Below, piece after piece: positions 53,030-62,663 of a stretch of DNA of 64,000 bases. Source of the DNA: Bacilli bacterium (lineage in GTDB: Bacteria > Bacillota_I > Bacilli_A > RFN20 > CAG-826); assembly GCA_045597865.1 (NCBI GenBank), contig JAZLKX010000052.1:96001-160000 (forward strand), written 5' to 3'. Every line of letters begins with the position of its first letter. Within the stretch, counting starts at the first letter, position 1. Both the position numbers and the translations under genes were made by a program. The notes below the pieces were generated by a model. The model worked only from the letters and a program-made list of their open reading frames with translations, searched no databases and was not told the DNA's origin.

Positions 53030-54802
53030 ATGATTACTTGTAAAATCTGTAATCGTGAGCTTGCTTCTTTTCAAGCTCTTGGAATACACCTAAAATATTC
53101 TCATAAGAATTGTTGCGGCGAAACATATTACGCAACATACATCAAGCAACCAAATGAAGGAATATGCGTTTGTGGTAAGCCATGTGGTTTTATCTCATTA
53201 AAGCTAGGCTATCATAAATACTGTTCACATCAATGTCAGGTTGAAAATTCTATAGAAGCTGCATTAAAAACAAAAGAACTACATTATGGAAAAGGTAAAT
53301 ACCATTCAGATGAAGGACTGAAAGCAATATCAGCAGCAAATAAAGCCAATAAAGAAACACGTGTCAAAAAACTAAATGAAACTAATCTGAAAAAATATGG
53401 AACTGAATGGGCATCTCAAAATAAAACTGTAAAAGAAAAAACAGCAAATACTAACATACAAAATTGTGGTAATGCATGTTCTTTGCATGGCAGTAATCAA
53501 ACTAAGTCTGAAAATATATTTCTTGAAAAATTCGGCTGTAAGAATCCTATGCAAAACACGGAGATTAAGACAAAGCGTGATGCAACTAATCTTGAACGAT
53601 ATGGCGCATCATCACCGTTTGGTTCTGCTTTGTGCATAGAGAAACGCAAACAAAACTATTTTAACAAGACAGGGTATTTCTTCCCAGCACAGAATCCTGA
53701 TAATCATACAATGCGCAGAAAAGCATACTTGTATGACGGAATTTATTTTGATAGCTCATGGGAACTTGCGTTTTACATTTTTCACACTGAACAAAATCAT
53801 AACATAACTGCACATCCAGCTGTTACATTTGAGTATGAACATGCCGGCATAAAACACAATTATATGCCCGACTTTATATTAGATGGTCAACTTACTGAGA
53901 TAAAAGGACCGCAGTTCTTTAATGAATCTGGTGAAATGATAAATCCTTTTGATAGGAACCAGGACGCATTGTATGAAGCGAAACATCAGTGTATGTTAAA
54001 GAATAATGTGAAAATCATAACGGACTGTACTGAGTATATCAATTATGTTAATGAAAAATACACCAGTGACTATTTGGAACTTTTTAATGTTAAATCAGCA
54101 TTTCCATATCCAGCAGAAAAACCAAATCCAACCTATGACGACGTAATAAGAAAGTATCACAAGTCAATATGGCATGCAAAACGTTTTGGAATGTTATCGC
54201 CTTTTGAAGCATGGCAGGATAAAACTCTTATTAAGAAATGCGCAGCAAATCGTTTAAAGTATGTAAAACATTGTGATCCTGATTCTATAAGACAAGGATT
54301 TAATGTAATGAAACTTGCGCCTAAAGTTTCAGTGTTCAAGCCTTTGTTAGCAAAGCGTATTATTGAAACATATCTCGCAGATTTTGAAACAATCTTTGAC
54401 CCATTTAGCGGATTTAGCGGCCGAATGTATGGCACGTATCTTTGCGGTAAAAAATATATTGGACAAGACATTAATGAAACTCATGTAAACGAAAGCAATG
54501 AACTTATACATGACTACAATATGAATGCTACTGTTGTGTGTAAAGACATATTTGAAAGTGAAGGTGAGTATGAATGCTTGTTCACGTGCAGTCCATATCA
54601 TTTAAAAGAAATCTGGAATGAAAACGAAACTGACATGAGTTGTGACGAATGGATTGATGAATGCATTAAACGATTTAAATGTAAACGATATGTGTTTGTG
54701 GTTGATGAAACGGAAAAGTATAAAGACAAGATTGTTGAGCTGATTGAAAACAAATCACATTTTGGCACCAACAGTGAAAAACTTTTAGTTATTGATGTAT
54801 GA
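53030..54802 (+). CDS. homing-endonuclease-like protein fused to a C-terminal amino-methyltransferase-like domain
   Basis: CKIC..H..H, KYG repeats, FDSSWELA, YMPDF, EIKG; C-terminal DPFSGFSGR (motif I) and FTCSPY (motif IV-like). Confidence 0.8.
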   Translation: MITCKICNRELASFQALGIHLKYSHKNCCGETYYATYIKQPNEGICVCGKPCGFISLKLGYHKYCSHQCQVENSIEAALKTKELHYGKGKYHSDEGLKAISAANKANKETRVKKLNETNLKKYGTEWASQNKTVKEKTANTNIQNCGNACSLHGSNQTKSENIFLEKFGCKNPMQNTEIKTKRDATNLERYGASSPFGSALCIEKRKQNYFNKTGYFFPAQNPDNHTMRRKAYLYDGIYFDSSWELAFYIFHTEQNHNITAHPAVTFEYEHAGIKHNYMPDFILDGQLTEIKGPQFFNESGEMINPFDRNQDALYEAKHQCMLKNNVKIITDCTEYINYVNEKYTSDYLELFNVKSAFPYPAEKPNPTYDDVIRKYHKSIWHAKRFGMLSPFEAWQDKTLIKKCAANRLKYVKHCDPDSIRQGFNVMKLAPKVSVFKPLLAKRIIETYLADFETIFDPFSGFSGRMYGTYLCGKKYIGQDINETHVNESNELIHDYNMNATVVCKDIFESEGEYECLFTCSPYHLKEIWNENETDMSCDEWIDECIKRFKCKRYVFVVDETEKYKDKIVELIENKSHFGTNSEKLLVIDV

Positions 54803-55122
54803 ATGAAATTAGATTAAGTATCAAATTTTATAGGGATGAAACAGAAGTCTCTCCGTACACTGGTGTTGACTTACCGTTAATAAGACGGGCCTTCCCTCAG
54901 CTTCTGTCTGCCACAATGGTCGGCGTTCAACCAATGTCAAGTCCTACCGGTCTTGCTTATGCGTTAAGACCGCTATACCAAGACGACGAGATTCAGAATA
55001 CACCAGCTCCTGCACCAATCCCTAAACCGGCTAAGAAAAAGGTAAAACCTAATCACCCATTTTCATTGAATCCTGCTAAAAGTAAGTGTAGGAAAAATTT
55101 CTCTTACAAAAGAAACCCATAA
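54799..55122 (+). CDS. small protein containing a major-capsid (gp23) Gol-region segment
   Basis: LPLIRRAFPQLLSATMVGVQPMSSPTGLAYALR resembles gp23 VRRAIPNLIAFDICGVQPMNSPTG. Confidence 0.75.
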   Translation: MNEIRLSIKFYRDETEVSPYTGVDLPLIRRAFPQLLSATMVGVQPMSSPTGLAYALRPLYQDDEIQNTPAPAPIPKPAKKKVKPNHPFSLNPAKSKCRKNFSYKRNP

Positions 55123-55160
55123 ATAAGTTGTTATATTTTAACGGTAGACAAAGGTAACAA

Positions 55161-55367
55161 ATGCTTAGTTTAAAATTTAAGAACAAAAGTTCCCGTGAGA
55201 TTCCAGCTGAACTTATGGCAGCAGTTGATTCTGATATTACTTACGAGGAAATCAATAAAATTCTGGACCAATATAATCTTCGTGTAAATGAATACGAAAA
55301 AGTATTTGACCATGATAATAATGAAGTTGAACAAATCTTTGTGATTGGAGATATAAATGTTGAGTAA
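55161..55367 (+). CDS. hypothetical protein
   Basis: AAGG RBS after TTATATTT. Confidence 0.6.
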   Translation: MLSLKFKNKSSREIPAELMAAVDSDITYEEINKILDQYNLRVNEYEKVFDHDNNEVEQIFVIGDINVE

Positions 55368-56712
55368 GAAATTAAAATGGGGATTTGTGCAACCGCTCAC
55401 GGGCGGTTTCTATCTTGGTGCTGAGAAGGCTATCGGCTGCCCAGCTGCTTGGATATTGTCTTACCCAGGTTTGTGTGCTCACCGTGATGCTGAAGATGGC
55501 TCATGCGTTAGCGCAGCAAATGAATATCACTTGTTGAAGTACTTGCAGAAGAAAAATCGTCTTCCGCCTTACTTGACAATTAACCGTGAGATGTTTGCGG
55601 AATTTAAAGGCGACCCGAATGCTTTTGAACCAGAGTTGATTAGAAATGAATTTTCAACTACTGATACCATTGATACCACAAACATGGATATCGTCTGTGC
55701 TTTGCCTGTATGTTCTGGTTTGTCAAATGCAACAACCACACCTAATGATGAAACACGCGAAGCTCGTAATCAGAACATGCAGTGGATAACTGAATATGTT
55801 CTTCGTAAGATTAAGCCAAAGGCATACATCTTTGAAAATGCACCTGCACTTTTTGCTGGCGCTAAAGGTAAACCTATTCGTGAATACATCAATAAGGTTG
55901 CAGAAGAAACGGGTTATTCAGTTTCTTACTTCAAGACTGATACCATGCTTCATCATAATGCACAGCGCCGTCCGCGTACATTTGTTATTTGCTGGCAGTG
56001 GACCGGTGATACAAAGCAGATGCCGCCGATCATTAACTTTGTGAAGGACGAAGTTTCTATTAAGCAGTTCTTTGATGAAATGCCACAATATGAACAGACA
56101 GAACAGATTCCGCTTGGTTATTCCAATCAAGCTGCATTGGACTATATGAAGTCTGCCCACCCTGATGACTATCGTGAATTGCTTAAGGAAAATACTTCAT
56201 ACGCTCATATCATTCAGAATAATGAACGTGAAGCGTTTATCAAGTTCTGTGAAAATTATACCTTTGATGATGCACCTAGCACAAAACATCGTGATTCTAC
56301 TATTCGTCAGATTAACCATGCTCAAGAAAAGTATGACGCTGGCAGTTGGATCTTTGATACAACTACTGCTGTGATTGATGATAAGAAGAAAATTCCTAGC
56401 ATCATGCATAAAGTTACACAAGCAAAGCTGCATCCTTACGAAGATCGTCTGCTTAATGTAGGTGAAATTTTGTATTGCATGGGTATGCCTACAGACTATT
56501 ACATTTATGGCCAAACATTTGAGAAGACACATCAAACTGGTCAGAATGTTCCAGTAAATACAGCTAAGTACATTGTCAGCGAAATCGTTCGTGTTGTTGA
56601 AAATTGGGAAACTGCTAGAAACGAAACGAATGGTAATCCTTTCTTCGGTGAAGATGACAATGTAGAATATGTTGACAATACAAAGCAGACATATTCCTGT
56701 AAGTCGGAATAG
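55357..56712 (+). CDS. C5-cytosine DNA methyltransferase-like protein
   Basis: PLTGG (motif I variant), PVCSGLS (IV), FENAP (VI), QRRPRTF (VIII), HP.EDR..MG.P (IX), GQNVPV (X). Confidence 0.85.
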   Translation: MLSKKLKWGFVQPLTGGFYLGAEKAIGCPAAWILSYPGLCAHRDAEDGSCVSAANEYHLLKYLQKKNRLPPYLTINREMFAEFKGDPNAFEPELIRNEFSTTDTIDTTNMDIVCALPVCSGLSNATTTPNDETREARNQNMQWITEYVLRKIKPKAYIFENAPALFAGAKGKPIREYINKVAEETGYSVSYFKTDTMLHHNAQRRPRTFVICWQWTGDTKQMPPIINFVKDEVSIKQFFDEMPQYEQTEQIPLGYSNQAALDYMKSAHPDDYRELLKENTSYAHIIQNNEREAFIKFCENYTFDDAPSTKHRDSTIRQINHAQEKYDAGSWIFDTTTAVIDDKKKIPSIMHKVTQAKLHPYEDRLLNVGEILYCMGMPTDYYIYGQTFEKTHQTGQNVPVNTAKYIVSEIVRVVENWETARNETNGNPFFGEDDNVEYVDNTKQTYSCKSE

Positions 56713-56808
56713 GAAAAGTTTTGCCCAAACTTAAAATGGGCAATTTTATTTTTATATTTTAACTACAATCAAAAAATCATCATAAACATTCAACAGGAGA
56801 AAAATCCA

Positions 56809-57102
56809 ATGATGACTAATCTCAGTAAAAATACTTTCGCTATTGACAAGAAGACCGGCAAGTGCTATGTACTTACCACCAACACTCTTCAGTCACGCAA
56901 TCGTCGTCAGTGCCAAGACATGCGTATCTATAAGTCTGTAACTAAGCAGATTGCTGAATCCGCACTCGTTCCTGTTACTGACTTTGAAGGTGAACTTTGC
57001 TTCAAGGCTGAAAAGATTCAGCGTGGCATGATGAAGCACAGCGATGCTGATAAGGCCATTCTTGCACTTCATAAGGATCTTCTTGCCCGCGTAAGAGGTT
57101 AA
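56809..57102 (+). CDS. hypothetical protein
   Basis: AGGAG RBS. Confidence 0.7.
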   Translation: MMTNLSKNTFAIDKKTGKCYVLTTNTLQSRNRRQCQDMRIYKSVTKQIAESALVPVTDFEGELCFKAEKIQRGMMKHSDADKAILALHKDLLARVRG

Positions 57103-57104
57103 TC

Positions 57105-57278
57105 ATGTTGTGGAAAATCTATAAGTTCAAGTGCGATTCCAATGGTTTGCCTTATGGCGATGTAGTTACTTCTATGTGCTACAGCAAAGAACTAATGGAA
57201 TCTTATAAGAACCGCAAGTTCGTCGTTAAGATTGAAGAAGTTAGCGGTTCTGAAGCAAAAACCGTTTGGTCCGTTTAA
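57105..57278 (+). CDS. small hypothetical protein (not in ORF track)
   Basis: GAGG RBS; MLWKIYKF...VWSV. Confidence 0.55.
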   Translation: MLWKIYKFKCDSNGLPYGDVVTSMCYSKELMESYKNRKFVVKIEEVSGSEAKTVWSV

Positions 57279-57281
57279 AGC

Positions 57282-58124
57282 ATGAATTGTTATTTCGTCA
57301 ATGATATCCACATAGATCAGCAAGGTCTGGATTTAAAGCCAGGCACTAAGCAGACCCGTGTACTCCATAAATGGATTGACGAAAACTTCTTGCCGGCCGA
57401 CATTCTGTGTATCGCTGGCGACATCGCAGATGATAGTAGAATCTTTATGGATTTTCTCGCTGCATGCCGCGACCGATATTCAGATGTTGTTTTTGTTTTT
57501 GGTGACCACGATATTTCGGTAGCAAACAAGGAATACCCTTCCGTAACCCTGAAATGTGAATCTATAAATAATTGGGTTGGGGAAATGAAACGGCTTTGTA
57601 CATCAACACATAAGATAAAGACAAAATTTACAAAGCTAGATGGAAAAAAAATTGTTGATGTAAAGAAAATTCCTTTTGTCGGTTGCATGGGTGCACCAGA
57701 CTGCTCTTACATCAGTAAGATCTTGGGGCAGGATCCCTCATCTGCTCAAGCGAAAATCTTGACTAAGATGGGTTGGAAAAAATGGTGGTCAAAAGATCCG
57801 CTGGAAATATCAGGTGATGAACACGACCGCCTTGCACACGCCGTCATGGTTCGTGATCCGCGTATCGTGGTCACTCATTTTGTTCCGCTTGGTTTGCCTT
57901 GTCCTACATCTGATCCTAGAAAAGCATGTTATCAATTTCAGGATGTAGGTGATATTATAAATATGTTGCCGAACGGAACAATTTGGCATTTTGGGCATAC
58001 ACACGCCCGACTGAAAATGAAAAAAGACGGTATCTTGTTTCTTTCTAATCCTATTGGTTTACCTGGTGAAAAGGTTAATGTATTAGGTGACTGGAAGAAA
58101 GAAGATTTCTTGATTGAATTATAG
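57282..58124 (+). CDS. calcineurin-like metallophosphoesterase
   Basis: DIH, AGDI, GDHD (usually GNHD), VTHF, FGHTH. Confidence 0.85.
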   Translation: MNCYFVNDIHIDQQGLDLKPGTKQTRVLHKWIDENFLPADILCIAGDIADDSRIFMDFLAACRDRYSDVVFVFGDHDISVANKEYPSVTLKCESINNWVGEMKRLCTSTHKIKTKFTKLDGKKIVDVKKIPFVGCMGAPDCSYISKILGQDPSSAQAKILTKMGWKKWWSKDPLEISGDEHDRLAHAVMVRDPRIVVTHFVPLGLPCPTSDPRKACYQFQDVGDIINMLPNGTIWHFGHTHARLKMKKDGILFLSNPIGLPGEKVNVLGDWKKEDFLIEL

Positions 58125-58135
58125 GAGAAAATAAA

Positions 58136-58435
58136 ATGAGAGTTACTGGTGGAAAAATCCTCCTCACTGGCAAGGAAGATAAATCAGTAGGTGGCATTTA
58201 CATGCCTGAGACTGAAACAGGTAAGCGTACATTTACTGTCGCTGAAGTTGGTCCGGGTTTGTGGAATCCTCTTCGCTGTGAACGTGTTCCTGTTGCTGTA
58301 AAGCCGGGCGACCGTGTGGTTGTTGATGTTAGCCTTGCTCCGGAAATCACCATTAAAAAGAATGGCGAAAAGAAGAAGTACTACATCATTCCTGAATCTG
58401 AAATTCAGTTTATTCTTGACGAAGGAGAAGTATAA
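58136..58435 (+). CDS. GroES-like co-chaperonin
   Basis: GGIYMP mobile loop, VAEVGPG, VKPGDRVV, ESEI. Confidence 0.85.
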   Translation: MRVTGGKILLTGKEDKSVGGIYMPETETGKRTFTVAEVGPGLWNPLRCERVPVAVKPGDRVVVDVSLAPEITIKKNGEKKKYYIIPESEIQFILDEGEV

Positions 58436-58752
58436 TGAAGCTTCTTGACGACAAGATTGTGGTTCGTAGCCTTACCCAAAAGACTGCTGGAGGCATCGTT
58501 ATCCCAGGCATGCTAGTTGCTTATACTATGTATGAAATCGTCGCCATTGGCCCTGGGCATTATGATAAGCGTTCTGGAACCATCGTTCCAAACGAAGTAA
58601 AGGTTGGTGACCGTGTGCTCATCAACTACGGTTCTTGCAAAGAAATTGAAGGCAAGACAATTAACATTGATGGTAATGAAGAAAAGCTTTATCTTTGTGA
58701 TACTGCTGAAGAATGCATTATTGTTCTAGATGATGATGAGAGTATTGGATAA
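58435..58752 (+). CDS. GroES-like co-chaperonin (second copy)
   Basis: LDDKIVV, TAGGIVIP, IGPG, VKVGDRVL. Confidence 0.85.
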   Translation: MKLLDDKIVVRSLTQKTAGGIVIPGMLVAYTMYEIVAIGPGHYDKRSGTIVPNEVKVGDRVLINYGSCKEIEGKTINIDGNEEKLYLCDTAEECIIVLDDDESIG

Positions 58753-59093
58753 TGAATAAAAAGCTTGTTGCTATCATGGCCGTTACTATTGTCGTTTGGA
58801 CGCTGATTCTTACATGCATAGGCGCCTTTGGTCCAACAGTTCAAGCTACGATGATTCCCATCTGTTTGGAACTGTTGAAATGGATAGGTGTTCTTATTGG
58901 CTATGCTATCGCAATCTTTTTGCCTGTCCGCATCTATAACGCTCTTGTCTTAAACAAAACTCGTAAACAGCTAATGGAACTGCAGGAAGAAGCTGCTCGT
59001 AAGACCGCTGTAGCAAATCAGGAAGCCCTGAGACAGCGTGCTGTTGAAGAGGCAATACTTAAAGCCTATTATAAGGAAGAAGACGATGTCTAA
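58752..59093 (+). CDS. two-TM membrane protein with coiled-coil tail
   Basis: Two hydrophobic segments. Confidence 0.65.
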   Translation: MNKKLVAIMAVTIVVWTLILTCIGAFGPTVQATMIPICLELLKWIGVLIGYAIAIFLPVRIYNALVLNKTRKQLMELQEEAARKTAVANQEALRQRAVEEAILKAYYKEEDDV

Positions 59094-59511
59094 TCAAACT
59101 TTGCTTGAAGAAGTAAACACACCTAATCATTACCGCGGCCATGAAAGCGGTATTGAAACAATTTCAATTACTCGTTACTTGCCTAACGACCTTGGTAACG
59201 CTTGGAAGTATGGCATGCGCTATGAGGATAAGAATACGCCTAAAAAGGATCTTTTGAAACTTTGCTGGTATATGAACGATTATCGTACTCACTTCATTGA
59301 TGACAATAATGAGGTGACTGAAAACTTTCATGTTCCGACTAAAGTTTTAGCCCTTATGGAATGCGTAATTGAAGCAGAGCCGAATGAAGTTATCAAAGAT
59401 TTCTTCAAACAGGTTTATCAGCTCTGTACGGAACAAGGCGTCTTGAACCCTTGTAAATTAAACCAGTGCTTAAAGGGCGTTGAACTTTTAGCAGAAAATT
59501 TTTCAGTATAG
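59086..59511 (+). CDS. DUF3310 (SaV-like) protein
   Basis: VNTPNHY, IETI, GNAWKY..R...K, DL.K..WY. Confidence 0.8.
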   Translation: MSNQTLLEEVNTPNHYRGHESGIETISITRYLPNDLGNAWKYGMRYEDKNTPKKDLLKLCWYMNDYRTHFIDDNNEVTENFHVPTKVLALMECVIEAEPNEVIKDFFKQVYQLCTEQGVLNPCKLNQCLKGVELLAENFSV

Positions 59512-59587
59512 CAGTATTTACATTTTTGTAATCTTTGTTATATTTTATACTGAATTTTAAAACACAAATTAAATAAAGGAAAACAAA

Positions 59588-59857
59588 ATGAATTCTCTTA
59601 CTATTACTTCTACGAAGATCCTCCCTATTGAGAACGGCATTGGCGGGTGTGTTGCTATCGCTCAGCTAGTTCTTTGTGATGCTATCAAGTTGACAGGCAT
59701 CAAGCTCATTGATAACGGTGATAAGCGTTATATCACTTATCCTCGTAATATGAGTAACAAGCAGAAGAAGAGCTACTTCTATCCGCTTAACAACGAAACT
59801 TCCGATCTCATCGCAAATCGTCTTTGGGCTGATTACGATAAGGAATTCAAAGCCTAA
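59588..59857 (+). CDS. spoVG: SpoVG-family nucleic-acid-binding protein
   Basis: A.LVLCD.I.L.GIKLI, YITYP, FYPLN.E. Confidence 0.75.
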   Translation: MNSLTITSTKILPIENGIGGCVAIAQLVLCDAIKLTGIKLIDNGDKRYITYPRNMSNKQKKSYFYPLNNETSDLIANRLWADYDKEFKA

Positions 59858-60132
59858 TGAAAAAAGTGAAGCCAAGACCAATTCCTCCGCAGTTAATTCC
59901 GCGTAGGAAAAAGGATATGGAGCGACTGGCCGCAAACCCAGCCGCTATCAAGGCTATCATTGAAATGAATAAGTCAGCAGCCGAAGTCTTGGAAAAGCAA
60001 AAAACACAACGCGCTCTAACTAGTGAAGAATGGTTAGAGCGTTCTTTTGCTATTCTACCGGAAGACTTTGATACTGATGAAATCAAAAACAAGATCCGTT
60101 CTTGTTTTAACACTGAGACGAAGGAAGCTTAA
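59857..60132 (+). CDS. hypothetical protein
   Basis: TAATG overlap. Confidence 0.6.
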   Translation: MKKVKPRPIPPQLIPRRKKDMERLAANPAAIKAIIEMNKSAAEVLEKQKTQRALTSEEWLERSFAILPEDFDTDEIKNKIRSCFNTETKEA

Positions 60133-60368
60133 TGACACATACTATGAATGGTAAACAGGTTAGTACTAATGAACTAATCAGCTTTGTAATTGCATCTGTT
60201 CTTGAAGACGTTGACAAACACTTTGATGAATACGCTGAAAATTGTATTACTGATTGGGAAGAACTTAATGAAGGCGATATGGACGCCATTGAAAAATGGA
60301 AACCTCGCGTCTTCGGCAAAATCAATACACGCTTGGGCAAACGAAATATGGTGGAACAAGATGGTTGA
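60132..60368 (+). CDS. hypothetical protein
   Basis: TAATG overlap. Confidence 0.6.
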   Translation: MTHTMNGKQVSTNELISFVIASVLEDVDKHFDEYAENCITDWEELNEGDMDAIEKWKPRVFGKINTRLGKRNMVEQDG

Positions 60369-60666
60369 TTTTGAAATTGGTAAAACTTACATTTCACTTA
60401 AAGGAATACCGTTTACCGTTACAGAAATGGACGGTGATAAGATAACCCTTCAATGTAGGTTGTTGAAAAAGAAAGCGATTAAAACACTTTATTGCGGTGT
60501 ATATGCTGCGTTCTTCAGTTTTGGCGAAGATAGGATCTTAGCTGAAAAGATTGTGCCGAATGAAGACCCAAGTGTTGAATATGGTTATAATAAACGAAAC
60601 GTTACAATGAACACGCATGGAGAGACATATGTCAATTTATTCAAAAGACACAAAGAAGAAGACTAA
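60361..60666 (+). CDS. hypothetical protein
   Basis: Start ATG 60361 (MVDFEIGKTY). Confidence 0.6.
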   Translation: MVDFEIGKTYISLKGIPFTVTEMDGDKITLQCRLLKKKAIKTLYCGVYAAFFSFGEDRILAEKIVPNEDPSVEYGYNKRNVTMNTHGETYVNLFKRHKEED

Positions 60667-61354
60667 GACTACTAAGCCTAAGAAGAAAGAACCCGATGTT
60701 GAACTTGAATTTAGCCCAGAAGGTGTAGAAGCACTTCAAGACGGTGATATTCAGGAGGCAGTCCAGCAGGGTATTAACCCGATGGCAATTCCTGACTTGT
60801 TTAACAACATTCGTAATAACTATTATGTTGGAAATCGTATCATTTGGTTGACTGGTGAAATTGATTGGCCTGTAATTACTGAAGTAATGAAACGTCTTAA
60901 CTTCTATGAAGATGGTTCAAAGGATCCTATCTACATTTACATTTCCTCACCTGGTGGACTGTGCGATGCTGGCTGGGCTCTCATTGATATGATTGAAAAA
61001 ATCAAGAAGAAGGGTATTGATGTTTACACAATTTGTGCTGGCTCTTGCTCTTCTATGGCTGCCGTAATTCTAGCGGCCGGTACAAAGGGTTGCCGCTACG
61101 CATTCCCAAGTTCTCGTATCATGATTCATCAGGCAGGCTTTGGTTTGTTCGGACCCGGCGGTAAGCTTGATGAAATGGCAAATGAAGTTCGTGAACTTCA
61201 GTACTGGACTGATTTGACAGCTAAGTACTTTGCTAAGGTTTCTGGTAAATCCATCAAGGACTGTCAGAAATCACTCTCGTATGACAATTACATGAGCGCA
61301 CCTGAAGCAAAGAAGTTCGGCATCATTGATAAGGTTGATGTGGTATTAGCATAA
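60629..61354 (+). CDS. clpP: ClpP-like serine protease
   Basis: RIIWLTGEI, YISSPGG, CSSMA (Ser), RIMIHQ (His), DNYMSA.EA..FGIID (Asp). Confidence 0.92.
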   Translation: MSIYSKDTKKKTKTTKPKKKEPDVELEFSPEGVEALQDGDIQEAVQQGINPMAIPDLFNNIRNNYYVGNRIIWLTGEIDWPVITEVMKRLNFYEDGSKDPIYIYISSPGGLCDAGWALIDMIEKIKKKGIDVYTICAGSCSSMAAVILAAGTKGCRYAFPSSRIMIHQAGFGLFGPGGKLDEMANEVRELQYWTDLTAKYFAKVSGKSIKDCQKSLSYDNYMSAPEAKKFGIIDKVDVVLA

Positions 61355-61722
61355 TGCTTACATTAGAGAAAGTTAAAAGCTATCTCGCCGAAAAATATGA
61401 CATCAAAATGACCGGAGATGATCCGGTCATTTTTTCAGAATCTGCACAAAGCGGCGTTACCAGCAGATTGTCTGCATGGATGTCAGAACACATCGATGAA
61501 GTCGCTGAAGTTCTTAATCGGCTTGAAATTAACGCAGGTATCAATTTTCATGACTATTTCGCAGATGAAGACTTATTCGTTGAACTTCGTGAAATGCGAT
61601 ATTCCGACCCAGAAAAGTTTTATCTGATTCTTCGTAGTGAAGAATTGTTCCTTAATACTTGCTTAAAGATTAGCGGTGATACAAAATCCATAATTCATTT
61701 TAATCTTGAAGATCTGTTCTGA
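61354..61722 (+). CDS. hypothetical protein
   Basis: TAATG overlap. Confidence 0.65.
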   Translation: MLTLEKVKSYLAEKYDIKMTGDDPVIFSESAQSGVTSRLSAWMSEHIDEVAEVLNRLEINAGINFHDYFADEDLFVELREMRYSDPEKFYLILRSEELFLNTCLKISGDTKSIIHFNLEDLF

Positions 61723-61746
61723 CTAATAAATACAAAAAGAGGAAAC

Positions 61747-62394
61747 ATGAGTTTTAGAGATTTTTGTTCTAAGGAAAATTACACAATGCAAACTAACCCA
61801 GCAGCTATTAGACGAGTGCCACCTAAGAAACCTGCACCTCAGCCAAAGCGTCCACCGATGACTGAAAGCAGCGATATCTTGGCTGAATCTCAGGAAATGA
61901 TTGCTACATTGCAGGAAAAAATCCAGCAGGTATTTTACCGTTTTGGTATGGCAGGTCTTGAACGCCTTGATGAAGCTATCATTGATACATGTCAGCAAAT
62001 GATGTATCCTGATGGCGTGCCGCAGTCAACTCGCCGAGCACCAGCAAAAGCAGCTCCTGCTAAACCAGCAGCTAGACCGCAACCACAACAGCAGCAACAG
62101 CGTCGTCCACAGACTGTCGCAGAAATTGCTGCAGCTGCATTGAGATCTATGCCGCCAATGTACGAAGAAGTTAAATCTGCACCAGCAGCTCAACAGCCAG
62201 CGCAGCCTACATTAGAAACTGCTGCACCTATGCCTGCTATGGACAGTTCACGTCGTGCATTTAATCCGTTGACTGATATGGCTCCACCTAAGGCACCGAC
62301 CCAGACAGATTTTATGGCACAGTTTGCAGGTGAACAGCTAAGCGAAGAAGAACTAGCTATCCTTCAGCAAGGTTTAGCACAGGAAACAAACTAA
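61747..62394 (+). CDS. Pro/Ala/Gln-rich low-complexity protein, possibly capsid-internal
   Basis: MSFRDF..E N-terminus; AATAAATA upstream; GAGG RBS. Confidence 0.7.
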   Translation: MSFRDFCSKENYTMQTNPAAIRRVPPKKPAPQPKRPPMTESSDILAESQEMIATLQEKIQQVFYRFGMAGLERLDEAIIDTCQQMMYPDGVPQSTRRAPAKAAPAKPAARPQPQQQQQRRPQTVAEIAAAALRSMPPMYEEVKSAPAAQQPAQPTLETAAPMPAMDSSRRAFNPLTDMAPPKAPTQTDFMAQFAGEQLSEEELAILQQGLAQETN

Positions 62395-62661
62395 ATGTCA
62401 AAAAATAAACCTAACAAACTTATAATTAACGAAAAAGAATACAAAGACCTCGTAATTGTAAATGGTACGGTTACTGAGGCACATGCCAATGCGATGTTCA
62501 GCGTTGAACTTGACAATGGCGTGGAAGTTAAATTACCTATCTCAGGTAAAATACGAAAATTCAAGATTAAGATTACTCCGGGAGATAGGGTTCAGGTTGG
62601 CCTGAATACTTATGATCTATCTAAGGGTCGTATTTTATTTAGGCTTAAAAAGGAAGAATAG
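62395..62661 (+). CDS. infA: translation initiation factor IF-1
   Basis: [31 protein letters not shown]...[10 protein letters not shown]. Confidence 0.95.
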   Translation: MSKNKPNKLIINEKEYKDLVIVNGTVTEAHANAMFSVELDNGVEVKLPISGKIRKFKIKITPGDRVQVGLNTYDLSKGRILFRLKKEE

Positions 62662-62663
62662 GT

